Part shown: piece by piece, positions 37,268 to 46,174 of the stretch
Numbering within the stretch: position 1 is the first letter of the stretch
Layout of the letters: each line of letters begins with the position of its first letter
Source: an uncultured virus (IMG/VR IMGVR_UViG_3300044974_001201)
Lineage: Duplodnaviria > Heunggongvirae > Uroviricota > Caudoviricetes
Strand: one strand, 5' to 3'
IMG/VR virus record: IMGVR_UViG_3300044974_001201
DNA length: 64,000 nucleotides
Program-made: the position numbers and the translations under genes
Notes under the pieces: generated by a model
The model's input: only the letters and a program-made list of their open reading frames with translations
The model's database searches: none
What the model was told of the DNA's origin: nothing

Positions 37268-39655
37268 CTAGGGTTTACGTTTCGCAAGGCCGAGCTTTCG
37301 CCGGAATGCGTATGCGAGCCCGACGGCTGCGCCGATGCCCGCCACGGCGAGGCCCGCCTTCGCCGCACCGCTCATGCCTTGCGGCGGCGGGTTCGCGAGT
37401 TGCGCCGCCGTGGGCATCGTCGCGTACTCGATCGTGAGCATCTCCTTCGGGATCATCACCACGCTTGCGAAACGATCGGGCGCCGCGGGCGAACCATCTC
37501 TCGGAACCGGCGACGCGACACGGATGCGGTGCGGCCCCGGACGGATCGGGACGATCCAGAACTCTTGCGCGTTATCGTTTTCCCACGCGCCCATCGCGGG
37601 CACGTCGTCGGCGTCGATGAACACGGCGCCGTACGGAGGCATCGCGTGGATGCGCAGCGTCGAGTCGCCCGTCTCGACGATTTGCCGCGTCGTAGAGACG
37701 CCCGACGTAGGCGTGAGCATTTCGGCGAGTTGGTAGCCGCCGAACAGGGTTGGCACGGGGCGCCTCGTAGACGATTGCGTGGGAGCGAGAATGATCGGTG
37801 ACGTAGTGCCCGTCGTAGACGATTGCGTGGGAGCGAGAATGATCGGTGACGTAGTATCGCCCGTCGTCGAGAGCGCGGGCGGCGGCGCGAACCCGCCTAC
37901 GCCCGCGAGCGGAGGCGCACCGACGGCGATCATGCGGGCCACGTCGGGCACTTCGGCGGGCCGCGACGCGATTTCGATGGCGAGCGTCTCCGTCGCCGGT
38001 TCCACACGCCCGAAGCAGTCGAGTTTGTAGAGCGGGTCCGACTCAAGTTGCGAGTCGACGAGGTTCGCCAGTCCGATGAGGGCGCCAGCGACGGCACCCG
38101 CGATAGGGTTCGCCGCCGTGAGCAACGTCGTCCCTACGCTACCAGCAATCGCGAGACCGCTCGTGCGTTCGCGGAGTTTCGCGAGCGTCGCTTGACCGTC
38201 CATCACGCCGACGAGCGCGAGGCCAGAAACGTCACGACCGCACGCGATGGCGGTCCACATATTCTTGCCGACGGCATCGAGTTGCAGTTCGTAGACGAGT
38301 TGCATCGGGTCGATCGACGCGATGTACTCGATAAGCGGCCACACCAGCACCGCGTACCACTCCATCGGCGGGAGGTACGAGAGCCACTGCTGCCACCACC
38401 GCGACGTGTGACTCCCCGACGGGGACGTGAAGGCACGCGCGTCGAGCGTGGCGTTACTGAACGGCGGTGACACCGCACCGCATTTCCAGTTGTATCCCGT
38501 CGGCCCCGTGGTCGAGAGTTGCGGGCCGTTCGTCATGCCGTTCACGAGCGAACGTGGCGCGCAATCGTAACGATCTGCCCACCCTGCCGACACCGGGTCG
38601 AGCGGGTAGTTGACGCCGCCGCCAAGAAGCGCCGCGTTCGTCATCCACACCGGGTGAACGTCGCCCGTGGGACCAACGCACGGCGTCGCGTTCGCCTCGC
38701 TATCGATCTCCACGCACGCGCTCGAAAGATTTTTCGACCCTTCCGTGCGCCCCGCGTCGGCGATCACGCCTCGCGTTCCGAACCTCACGCGAAGCGCGTT
38801 CTGGTTGAAGTCGCCGCCGTAGTTCGCCTGAAAACGTCGAATCGCCTCGTCGCGCCACGCGCCCGCGCCGTCCCCTTGCCACGAACCCACGACGCATCGC
38901 GGACCGATCACGCCCGCCGCACGGCCAGCCGACGGGCCACACCACTCCGCATCGCGCGCGTAGTTGCTCACGTCGAGTCGCGTGGGGCGGCGCAGAAACA
39001 GACCGCGGGGCATCCCGCCGTACGCATCCATCGGCGGGTTGATTTCGTTCCGCGGCGTGTTGCGGATCGACTGCCCGATCACCGGGTGCGTGATCTCGTA
39101 GCCGTTCCACTGGCCGATCTGCGTCTCGAAACGTTCGCGGTACTTCGCCCACGCCCACGGGCGGAGGTTCATCGCGCGGAAGAACGCGGCGAGGTTGCGC
39201 CACACGTCGATCACGGCGTTGCGTTGCGCGGCGGCGCTACCGAGGCCGTTGATAACCGTCGGCGACAACGCCAGCGCGCGTTGCAGGTATCCCTGCGCCA
39301 GTTCCACGTCGGCGAAGTGGATGAACGTCGCGGCGCTAGAAGGGGGACGAGGCGCCGTGAGGAACGCACGCATCCTCGCGGGCACTCGCGCATCGCTCGG
39401 GTCGGCGTCGAGCACGTCGGCATCGGCCACCGCCCACTTGTCGGCGGAGTATGGGTTGCTCGCGGCGTTCTCGGCGTAGATGCGCGACCACGCCTCGCGC
39501 AGAAGGCGCTTCTCCGTGCGCGTGCTCGTATCGTCGGCGGGGAGGTCCGTCGTCGCCGCCGCGTGGTTCACCGGGAGGTCGGTTGCGAGGTAGCGCCGCA
39601 CCCACGACATCGGGTCCGAAGCGTCGTAGGCAAAAACGTATCGTCGAAGCGTCAC
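37268..39655 (-). CDS. Large putative virion membrane protein
   Basis: Internal hydrophobic hairpin, PEGA-like module (IHAMPPYGAVF), C-terminal TM with basic tail. Confidence 0.8.
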   Translation of the reverse strand: MTLRRYVFAYDASDPMSWVRRYLATDLPVNHAAATTDLPADDTSTRTEKRLLREAWSRIYAENAASNPYSADKWAVADADVLDADPSDARVPARMRAFLTAPRPPSSAATFIHFADVELAQGYLQRALALSPTVINGLGSAAAQRNAVIDVWRNLAAFFRAMNLRPWAWAKYRERFETQIGQWNGYEITHPVIGQSIRNTPRNEINPPMDAYGGMPRGLFLRRPTRLDVSNYARDAEWCGPSAGRAAGVIGPRCVVGSWQGDGAGAWRDEAIRRFQANYGGDFNQNALRVRFGTRGVIADAGRTEGSKNLSSACVEIDSEANATPCVGPTGDVHPVWMTNAALLGGGVNYPLDPVSAGWADRYDCAPRSLVNGMTNGPQLSTTGPTGYNWKCGAVSPPFSNATLDARAFTSPSGSHTSRWWQQWLSYLPPMEWYAVLVWPLIEYIASIDPMQLVYELQLDAVGKNMWTAIACGRDVSGLALVGVMDGQATLAKLRERTSGLAIAGSVGTTLLTAANPIAGAVAGALIGLANLVDSQLESDPLYKLDCFGRVEPATETLAIEIASRPAEVPDVARMIAVGAPPLAGVGGFAPPPALSTTGDTTSPIILAPTQSSTTGTTSPIILAPTQSSTRRPVPTLFGGYQLAEMLTPTSGVSTTRQIVETGDSTLRIHAMPPYGAVFIDADDVPAMGAWENDNAQEFWIVPIRPGPHRIRVASPVPRDGSPAAPDRFASVVMIPKEMLTIEYATMPTAAQLANPPPQGMSGAAKAGLAVAGIGAAVGLAYAFRRKLGLAKRKP
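37765..37856. repeat. 48-bp-period tandem duplication (TTSPIILAPTQSST twice)
   Basis: TCGTAGACGATTGCGTGGGAGCGAGAATGATCGGTGACGTAGT at 37765 and 37813. Confidence 0.9.
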
Positions 39656-39658
39656 GAT

Positions 39659-40579
39659 TTACTTCTTTCGCTTCTTGGAATACCACCATGCGAGGCCACC
39701 GATGGCGCCGACACCGATCACGCCAGCGACGATTGCGCCCGCGTTGCTCTTCGTCGGCTCGCTCGACGATGCCTGCGGCGTCGAGGCGGCGAGTGCCGCT
39801 TGCTCGGCGCGGGCTGCGTTCGCGAGTCGCGCGGCGGCGACCGCGAGCAACGCTTGCGACTCCGCGGTGTTGACCGACTGCGCGGCGCGTTGGTCGAGCG
39901 CCGTTGAACCGATGCCGTAGACGGTCTGCGCGAGTTGCTCTTGCGATTGCCCGCGCAGGTAGTTGGTGACGGTGTTGACCCCCGCCGTCACCACGCCCAC
40001 CGCCGATGCTCCCGCTTGCGACGCCGTGACCGGACGCGGCACCACCGGATCGCCCGACGGCTTCGTCACGTAGAGGGTGCGCCACCCGCGGCAGATCGAC
40101 ATGATCGCCTCCGCGTAGACAGCGCGCAGCGCAGGCGACGCGAGGCCGAGCGCGAGCCCTTGCACGAGCCGCTGCTTCCACGCTTCGACGGCGAACGTGG
40201 TCCGCGCGGAGGTACGACCGTCGGGGCGGAGCATCGGCCCAGGCCATGCGCTCGGCACCGCTTCGGGCGAGAGGATCGCGTCGGCGTAGAGCACGACCGC
40301 CCGCGTGATGTACGCATCACTCATCGCGGCGGTGTTCGTATCGAGCACGTCGGCGATGATGTTGTTCGGCGGGATCGTGAACGGCTCGCCGAAGAACGCG
40401 GGCGCTCGTCGGATCGTGTTGGCGAGAGTGTCGGGCTGCGCATCACGCATCCGCGCGAGGCACGCGTCGAGTTCGGCCTGCGAGTAGCCGACCGGAGTGC
40501 CGACCGCGGAGGCGGCGGAGGCCTTCGCGTGACGGACACGGGGAGGAGCGACGGCGGGCGTGATGCGCAGCGTGGGCAT
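39659..40579 (-). CDS. Putative virion protein with C-terminal TM anchor
   Basis: MPTLR start; AGAIVAGVIGVGAIGGLAWWYSKKRKK. Confidence 0.8.
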   Translation of the reverse strand: MPTLRITPAVAPPRVRHAKASAASAVGTPVGYSQAELDACLARMRDAQPDTLANTIRRAPAFFGEPFTIPPNNIIADVLDTNTAAMSDAYITRAVVLYADAILSPEAVPSAWPGPMLRPDGRTSARTTFAVEAWKQRLVQGLALGLASPALRAVYAEAIMSICRGWRTLYVTKPSGDPVVPRPVTASQAGASAVGVVTAGVNTVTNYLRGQSQEQLAQTVYGIGSTALDQRAAQSVNTAESQALLAVAAARLANAARAEQAALAASTPQASSSEPTKSNAGAIVAGVIGVGAIGGLAWWYSKKRKK

Positions 40580-40585
40580 GGTCGT

Positions 40586-41038
40586 TCAGCGCGCGATCGC
40601 GAGGGCGAGTTGCCGCGCGGTTTCCTTCGCGTGCGCGCGGTCCTTCGCGTCGTACGCCGACTTCGCGAGCGAGCGCAGTTCGGCGAGCGCCTTCTTCGCG
40701 GTCGCGGCGGGCACGGCGCGACCACCGACGATGTGCGTCCCGGCGCTGTTGATACCGGGCAAGCCCGGTCCCCGCCACGACGCGATGCGCACACCGAGGC
40801 GATCCGTGCCGCGAACCATCGCGGAACCGTTCTTGACGCTTGCGCGCTTCTTCGGGGCGCGCTTCTTCGCCTTGACGGGGCGGGCCTTGCGGCACGTCAC
40901 CAGATCGAACCCGGCGAGGCTGCGACGGCGCACCGACCGGGGGCTGGTGCCCTTGATCGTACGCATCTCGGACCCGCCGCGGCTGCACGCACTCGCCCGC
41001 TTGCTGCGGGGCTTCTTCGTCGTCTTCTTCGCTGCCAT
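40586..41038 (-). CDS. Highly basic putative DNA-condensing protein with SVKNG motif
   Basis: Lys/Arg-rich; AGGAG RBS. Confidence 0.8.
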   Translation of the reverse strand: MAAKKTTKKPRSKRASACSRGGSEMRTIKGTSPRSVRRRSLAGFDLVTCRKARPVKAKKRAPKKRASVKNGSAMVRGTDRLGVRIASWRGPGLPGINSAGTHIVGGRAVPAATAKKALAELRSLAKSAYDAKDRAHAKETARQLALAIAR

Positions 41039-41067
41039 TGTCTTGCTCCTGTTCCTGTTGCCGACGT

Positions 41068-41715
41068 TCAGCTACGGCGCTTGCCGCGCTTGCTGCCCAT
41101 GTTGACGTACCACACGGCGCCGCCGATCGCGACGATTGCGGCACCGCCGAGTACGACCTTCGTGCCCGTGCTCATGCCCTGCGACGGAGGCGAATCGTTG
41201 CCTCCGCGCGGCGGAATGACGACCGTGCCGTCCGTGCCGCTCGTGCCCGCTGCGGGGCCGTAAGGGTTCTCCTCCCGGTCCGCGACGGGCGCGTCCTTCG
41301 TGAGAGTGCGCGCGGCGTCACCGTTCTCCCACCAGCCGATCGCACCGTTGATCGCGGGGTTGTACGGCGCGGAGGAAACCTCCCACGTCGTGTAGGTTCC
41401 GCTGTTGAGGTTCGCCGCGACGGCGGCGACGAGTTCCGCTGCGAAGGCTTGCATCGGCGGCGTGGTGAGTGTGTAGGGACCACCCGTCGGCCACCCGTAG
41501 AGCCACGCGACGGTGATCGTCCGCTCGTCGAGCACTCCGGTTACCGACGCGTCCGAAACGACGCGCGTGATGCGCGGGCCGGGACCGATCCAGTTGCCGC
41601 GCGTCGCTTCGGCGCCCGCGAGTCGCGACGCGACGAACGCGTCCGTGATTGCGGACGCGGTAGCGTGACGAGGTATCGCAGTGCGCCCGCGGGCCGTGAT
41701 GAGAAGAAGTGACAT
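41068..41715 (-). CDS. C-terminally anchored protein, paralogue 1
   Basis: RLAG.EATRGNW.GPGPR and PYNP..NG...WW shared with 41745-42485. Confidence 0.8.
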   Translation of the reverse strand: MSLLLITARGRTAIPRHATASAITDAFVASRLAGAEATRGNWIGPGPRITRVVSDASVTGVLDERTITVAWLYGWPTGGPYTLTTPPMQAFAAELVAAVAANLNSGTYTTWEVSSAPYNPAINGAIGWWENGDAARTLTKDAPVADREENPYGPAAGTSGTDGTVVIPPRGGNDSPPSQGMSTGTKVVLGGAAIVAIGGAVWYVNMGSKRGKRRS

Positions 41716-41744
41716 CGCTGTTCCTGTTGTCCGTTCCGAAGTTG

Positions 41745-42485
41745 TTACTTGCGACCGCTGCGCGAGGCTTCGTACGCCCGCACGCCGACGTAACCGATGC
41801 CGAGCACGGCGACGATTCCGAGCCCCCACGTCGCAGCGGTCTTCGCTTGCTCGCTAGCGCCGTCGATCGCGTCCGGCAACGTCGTCGGGTGCGTCTGACC
41901 CGAGGTAGGGCCAGTGTGGTTCTCCTGCGCGTCGAGGCGCCCCGTACCGACGGGGAACTCGTCCTTCGTCTGCGTGACCGATGCGCAGTCGGTGCCGACC
42001 GAAGCGCACTGCCACCACGCGAGCGGGCCGTTCGCCGTGGGGTTGTAAGGGAGCACGGCGACGGGTTGCCACCCGATCGAAACGTTGTCGACCGCGTTCT
42101 TGACGCTCGTTCGCAGTTGCTCGACCGTTGCCTCGGTGGGCGTCGTTCCGGGGGGCCACTGGTAGACCCACGCGGCGAACGTCCCGAAACGCTCGCCGAC
42201 GGTGGCCGTACGGGTCACGCGAGGGCCGGGGCCGACCCAGTTGCCGCGCGTCGCTTCGGGGCCTGCGAGGCGCGCAGACTGGAACGCTTCGGTGATCGCG
42301 CGGTACGTCGGGGCGGTGGCGTAGAACACGCTTCGCTCCTCGGCGAGCACGAGCACGGCGGGGCCGGTCGTCGTGGGCGTCGCGGTGATCGCGGACACGG
42401 CGCTCTCCGTGCCCGCAGGCACGGGGTCGCCCGCTCCGCGCCAGAGCACCGGGCGACCGTACGTGAGAAGCAGCGCGCGGTTCAT
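41745..42485 (-). CDS. C-terminally anchored protein, paralogue 2
   Basis: Same motifs as paralogue 1; C-terminal TM with basic tail. Confidence 0.8.
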   Translation of the reverse strand: MNRALLLTYGRPVLWRGAGDPVPAGTESAVSAITATPTTTGPAVLVLAEERSVFYATAPTYRAITEAFQSARLAGPEATRGNWVGPGPRVTRTATVGERFGTFAAWVYQWPPGTTPTEATVEQLRTSVKNAVDNVSIGWQPVAVLPYNPTANGPLAWWQCASVGTDCASVTQTKDEFPVGTGRLDAQENHTGPTSGQTHPTTLPDAIDGASEQAKTAATWGLGIVAVLGIGYVGVRAYEASRSGRK

Positions 42486-44782
42486 CGGCGCCCCAGAAGC
42501 GAGAGGAACGTGAACGTGCGCGACGCGCCAGCCTCGAAGAGCGCCTGCGCGTAGGCACCTCGCGCCGCGTCGGGCGAGAGCACGGGCGGCGTGCTACCGA
42601 TCGGGTTGACGCTGCCGCCCGTCACGCCGCCGCCCACGTAGGTGAGCGCGGTGCCCGTGTAGGCGTACACGGAGTCGGAGTCAGCGATCACCGTGACGGG
42701 CGCCTGCTGCACGTTCGTACGGACGGCCGACGCTGGACTCGGTTCCTGCCACACCACGAGTTGTGCGCGGCCGGGGGTGAGGCCATCGATCACGAGAGTC
42801 TCTCCGAGACTCGCCACGCGACCGGGGCCGAGTTCGCCCTGCGTACCCGTGAGCGACTGAACCATCGCAGCGACGTTCGGGAGCGTCGAGCGCACCACGA
42901 CGCGACCACGACCGGGAGTGTGCGTGACGGGCTCCGCGGGCGTGACGGGCGGCGAGACCGGCGTGCCATCGCCCGTGAGTTGCGCCCGCGTGATGGTCAC
43001 GGTCTGCCCCGCGACGATCGTCACCGGGAGGGTGTACTGGCGGGCGGAGGGCTGCGGCGTGCCTGCGGGACCGCCGCGGAACGGCTGCACGATCACTTCG
43101 AGCGTGTACGCCCCCGCGGGCACCGTGGCGCGGTAGGCGAAGCCCGACGACGCGAGGTCGATCGCCGTCCGACCAGCGCCAGCGCGCAGCGCCGCGGAGG
43201 TCGTCGTCTCGCCCGACGCGGGGATCGTCATCGGGATCGCGGCGGGCTGGTAAACGATCGTGCCAGTGCTCACGGCGGGAGTTCCTTCGGGGGTGGCGAC
43301 GGGTCTCACGGGCGTGACGGGCGTCGAGACCGGCGTGCCCTCGCCCGTGAGTTGCGCCCGCGTGACGGTCACGGTCTGCCCCGCGACGATCGTCACCGGG
43401 AGGGTGTACTGGCGGGCGGAGGGCTGCGGCGTGCCCATCGGAACGGGCGCCCCGTTGAACGGCTGCACGATCACTTCGAGCGTGTACGCCCCCGCGGGCA
43501 CCGTGGCGCGGTAGGCGTCGCCCGACGACGCGAGGTCGATCGCCGTCCGACCAGCGACCGCGCGAACGGCGGCGGAGGTTGTCGTCTCGAACGATGCGCC
43601 GGGGGCGGCGGGCTGGTAAACGATCGTGCCAGTGGTCACGGCGGGGGTTCCTTCGGGGGTGGCGACGGGTCGTTCTTCGGTCATCGTACCGAACGTGAGC
43701 GGCACCTCGCCGGTCGCGGGCACCACGACGGTTTCGACGCGGGCGTTGCCGCCGCCCGTCGGGGGGACGACGCGGATCGTGTGCGATCCCGCGGTGATCG
43801 GGAGACTGAACACGGTTTGCGCCTCGTCGAGCCACCGGCCGGTCGCCGTGTCGAGGCGCGTCGCACCATCGTAGATCGAGCCCCACGGCGGCATCCCGGT
43901 GATGCGAAGGCGCGGCGGCGTAGCGGCGGGCGGGCGATCGACGAGCACCTCGACGCGATCGGGCGCGGCGGGGTGCAGACGCCCTGTGAGCACCGCCACG
44001 TCGCGCAGCACCGCGAAACGTTCGGCGAGCGTCGAGAGGTAGCCCGCGAGCGGCTGCGAGCCGTTCGGGAGCAGCGCCGTCGTCGCGAAGCGTTCGAGGG
44101 CGGGGATCACCGCGCCCATCTGCGGGAGCACCGCCACGAGAAGGCGCGCGTCGGCCACGTCGTCTGCCGCCCACCCGGCGCGTGCGATGGCGCCTTCGAG
44201 GCGCTCACGGACCGAGGGCACGGGCATATCGGGCGTGATGCCCGCGACGTTCAGGATGCGGACGAGGTTCGCCACGCGGCCCGCGGGGATCGACGAGACG
44301 GGCGGCGGGATATCGGCATCGACGGGCGGAACGTCGGGCCACGCATCGTCGCTCACGCGATCGACGATGAACCCGTAGGCGCCGTCGGCGTAGCGAACGT
44401 AGTCGCTCTCGGGCGTCGTCGCGCGCAGGTTGCGAATCTGCTCGGGGTCCGACGTGAGCACGAACCGGAGGCGCGTGCCGCTGTTGTACCACGCAGGTGA
44501 CTCGGTATCGCCGGTCACGCGGTAGCCGAGGTAGCGCCAGTAGTCGGGCCACCGGGCGGCGGCGGCGTCACGCTGCGCAACCAGCGCGGCGGAGGGCGCG
44601 GCATCGACCTCGGTTTCCGCGGGGGGCGCATCCTTCGACGGGTCGGAGGTTGCGAGCCTCCGCAGATTGCCGAACGTGCTGGCATCTACGGATCGCGAAT
44701 CGGCCAAGCCCGCGGCACGCGTGCGGTTGCCCGCGGGGCGGACGACGGTAGGGGTGGTGTTGGAACGGCGGATCGTCGGCAT
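42482..44782 (-). CDS. Modular putative virion protein with PEGA/Ig-like beta-sandwich repeats
   Basis: ITGMPPWGSIY module; two near-identical GTIVYQPAA..YRATVPAGAYTLEVIVQP domains. Confidence 0.85.
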   Translation of the reverse strand: MPTIRRSNTTPTVVRPAGNRTRAAGLADSRSVDASTFGNLRRLATSDPSKDAPPAETEVDAAPSAALVAQRDAAAARWPDYWRYLGYRVTGDTESPAWYNSGTRLRFVLTSDPEQIRNLRATTPESDYVRYADGAYGFIVDRVSDDAWPDVPPVDADIPPPVSSIPAGRVANLVRILNVAGITPDMPVPSVRERLEGAIARAGWAADDVADARLLVAVLPQMGAVIPALERFATTALLPNGSQPLAGYLSTLAERFAVLRDVAVLTGRLHPAAPDRVEVLVDRPPAATPPRLRITGMPPWGSIYDGATRLDTATGRWLDEAQTVFSLPITAGSHTIRVVPPTGGGNARVETVVVPATGEVPLTFGTMTEERPVATPEGTPAVTTGTIVYQPAAPGASFETTTSAAVRAVAGRTAIDLASSGDAYRATVPAGAYTLEVIVQPFNGAPVPMGTPQPSARQYTLPVTIVAGQTVTVTRAQLTGEGTPVSTPVTPVRPVATPEGTPAVSTGTIVYQPAAIPMTIPASGETTTSAALRAGAGRTAIDLASSGFAYRATVPAGAYTLEVIVQPFRGGPAGTPQPSARQYTLPVTIVAGQTVTITRAQLTGDGTPVSPPVTPAEPVTHTPGRGRVVVRSTLPNVAAMVQSLTGTQGELGPGRVASLGETLVIDGLTPGRAQLVVWQEPSPASAVRTNVQQAPVTVIADSDSVYAYTGTALTYVGGGVTGGSVNPIGSTPPVLSPDAARGAYAQALFEAGASRTFTFLSLLGRR
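42940..43670. repeat. Recent intragenic tandem duplication of about 370 bp
   Basis: Near-identical DNA blocks at about 42940-43310 and 43310-43670. Confidence 0.85.
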
Positions 44783-44789
44783 AGGCGCG

Positions 44790-44819
44790 ACGTTACCGCA
44801 CACCTCGCCGCAAACGCAA
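44790..44819 (-). promoter_or_regulatory. Sigma70-type leaderless promoter
   Basis: TTGCGT-N18-TAACGT-N7-ATG. Confidence 0.55.
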
Positions 44820-44858
44820 GCGTGTTGTTACGCTTGCCGCGCCGCCCTTATTCAGTGC

Positions 44859-45101
44859 CTAGAGAACGACGTTGCCGACGTGCTCGCGGAGCGTTCGGAG
44901 CACCGTGTCGCGCGGCACGTCGCCAACCGCCACGGGGTGGCCCGAGCGGTACGCCGCCACAAGCACATCGCGGGCGATGCGCTCGCTTCGGAGGTACACA
45001 TTTTCGTCGGAGCGCGACTCCGCGGAAACGGAGCGTGCGTGGTGACAAGCGAGGCTAAAGTTCGCGGTGCGAAGGACGCCTGAGAGGTACGTGGTCGCCA
45101 T
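44859..45101 (-). CDS. Hypothetical protein
   Basis: Promoter repeat upstream. Confidence 0.55.
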   Translation of the reverse strand: MATTYLSGVLRTANFSLACHHARSVSAESRSDENVYLRSERIARDVLVAAYRSGHPVAVGDVPRDTVLRTLREHVGNVVL

Positions 45102-45230
45102 GCCGCTTGTACGCTGGCGGCGTGAGGATTCTTCGCGTCGGCGACGAAAATCGGCGACGTGCGTAAGGTTCCTGTGAGTCGATGCGTACAAGGAACACAA
45201 CGGGCCGTCGCCCACCACGGGGAGAGCACC

Positions 45231-45533
45231 ATGCAGAAGAAGAAGTTGCGTCTAGCAGTCGCCCGTGAGATCCGTCGCGTGACGGGGATCGGGCTCCCTG
45301 TATCGGTGGCGCTCGCGAAGGCGAGTGTCCGGGTTGCGACACCGACGATGACGGTCGCCGAGATCGCAGCGGTCGCACCTCGCGCCTTCATCGTGCAGAG
45401 TCACGCGGCGGAGAAGTACGAGCTTCCCGCGGGAGTGATCCTCGGCAGTCGTAGCCGCGGGTGCGAGTGCGGGTGCACCGTCGCGCAGTACTTCGTCTGC
45501 GGGCCGAAGGGTGAGATCGTTGCGGAGTCCTAG
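45231..45533 (+). CDS. Hypothetical protein
   Basis: Promoter repeat and GGAG RBS; AREIRRVTGIGL helix motif; CECGC. Confidence 0.65.
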   Translation: MQKKKLRLAVAREIRRVTGIGLPVSVALAKASVRVATPTMTVAEIAAVAPRAFIVQSHAAEKYELPAGVILGSRSRGCECGCTVAQYFVCGPKGEIVAES

Positions 45534-45556
45534 TTCGGCGAAGGAAGGCATTAGCC

Positions 45557-46057
45557 ATGTTCACGGAACGTCGTCTTGTAGAAATCGGTCGCGCGCTGCG
45601 AAACCGCGGCGTGACCGCGGCGGTAAGTCACGAGGCGCGGCTGCTCGCTCGCGCCGCGTTCCGCGACGCCTCCGCGAAGGTGGCAGTGCGTATTCACGAC
45701 GCTGGGATTGCGACGTTCGCGGCGGTCGAGTCGCTCGCGACGGACGACGCAATCGAAGCCGCAGACGTGATCGGTGTATGCCTCACGGCGGAACGTTTCG
45801 ATGCGCTCGCGAGCGTCGTCGCCTGCATCGTGATTGACGCTTCGCTCACGGACGATGAACTGAGCTTCGCGTCGGATATCGCGAGCGAGGTTCGCGCGAC
45901 ACGCGATGCTTGCGAGCGCATGGCAGCGATGCGACTCGGCGAGTTTCGCGCGCTCGTCGCCGGTCACGAAGCCCCGGACACGGTGGCCCTCGCAGACTGG
46001 CACACCGCCCCGTGCGAGTGGTGGATCGACGTGTTCCGAGTCTCTTCGCGAACGTGA
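45557..46057 (+). CDS. Helical hypothetical protein with C-terminal WW
   Basis: AAGGAAGG RBS. Confidence 0.65.
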   Translation: MFTERRLVEIGRALRNRGVTAAVSHEARLLARAAFRDASAKVAVRIHDAGIATFAAVESLATDDAIEAADVIGVCLTAERFDALASVVACIVIDASLTDDELSFASDIASEVRATRDACERMAAMRLGEFRALVAGHEAPDTVALADWHTAPCEWWIDVFRVSSRT

Positions 46058-46174
46058 AGAACGCGACGCGACTCACCCTCGCCGCGCAAGCCGCGACCAC
46101 TGCCGCAGCGAACGCGGAGACCGACGCCGACGTTCGCCGTCAAATGCTCGCGTCGATCGACGCGAAGTAACCGC

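Noticed and set aside
32264..37801. 1845-aa plus-strand ORF and many other long Arg-rich ORFs (e.g. 9668-11494, 11452-13584, 52464-54101)
   Set aside because: Antisense or alternate-frame shadows of real genes in GC-rich DNA; Arg/Gly/Ala-rich with no motifs
42940..43670. Diversity-generating retroelement template/variable repeat pair
   Set aside because: Both copies are in-frame domains of one ORF, differences are not adenine-specific, and no reverse transcriptase is present in the window
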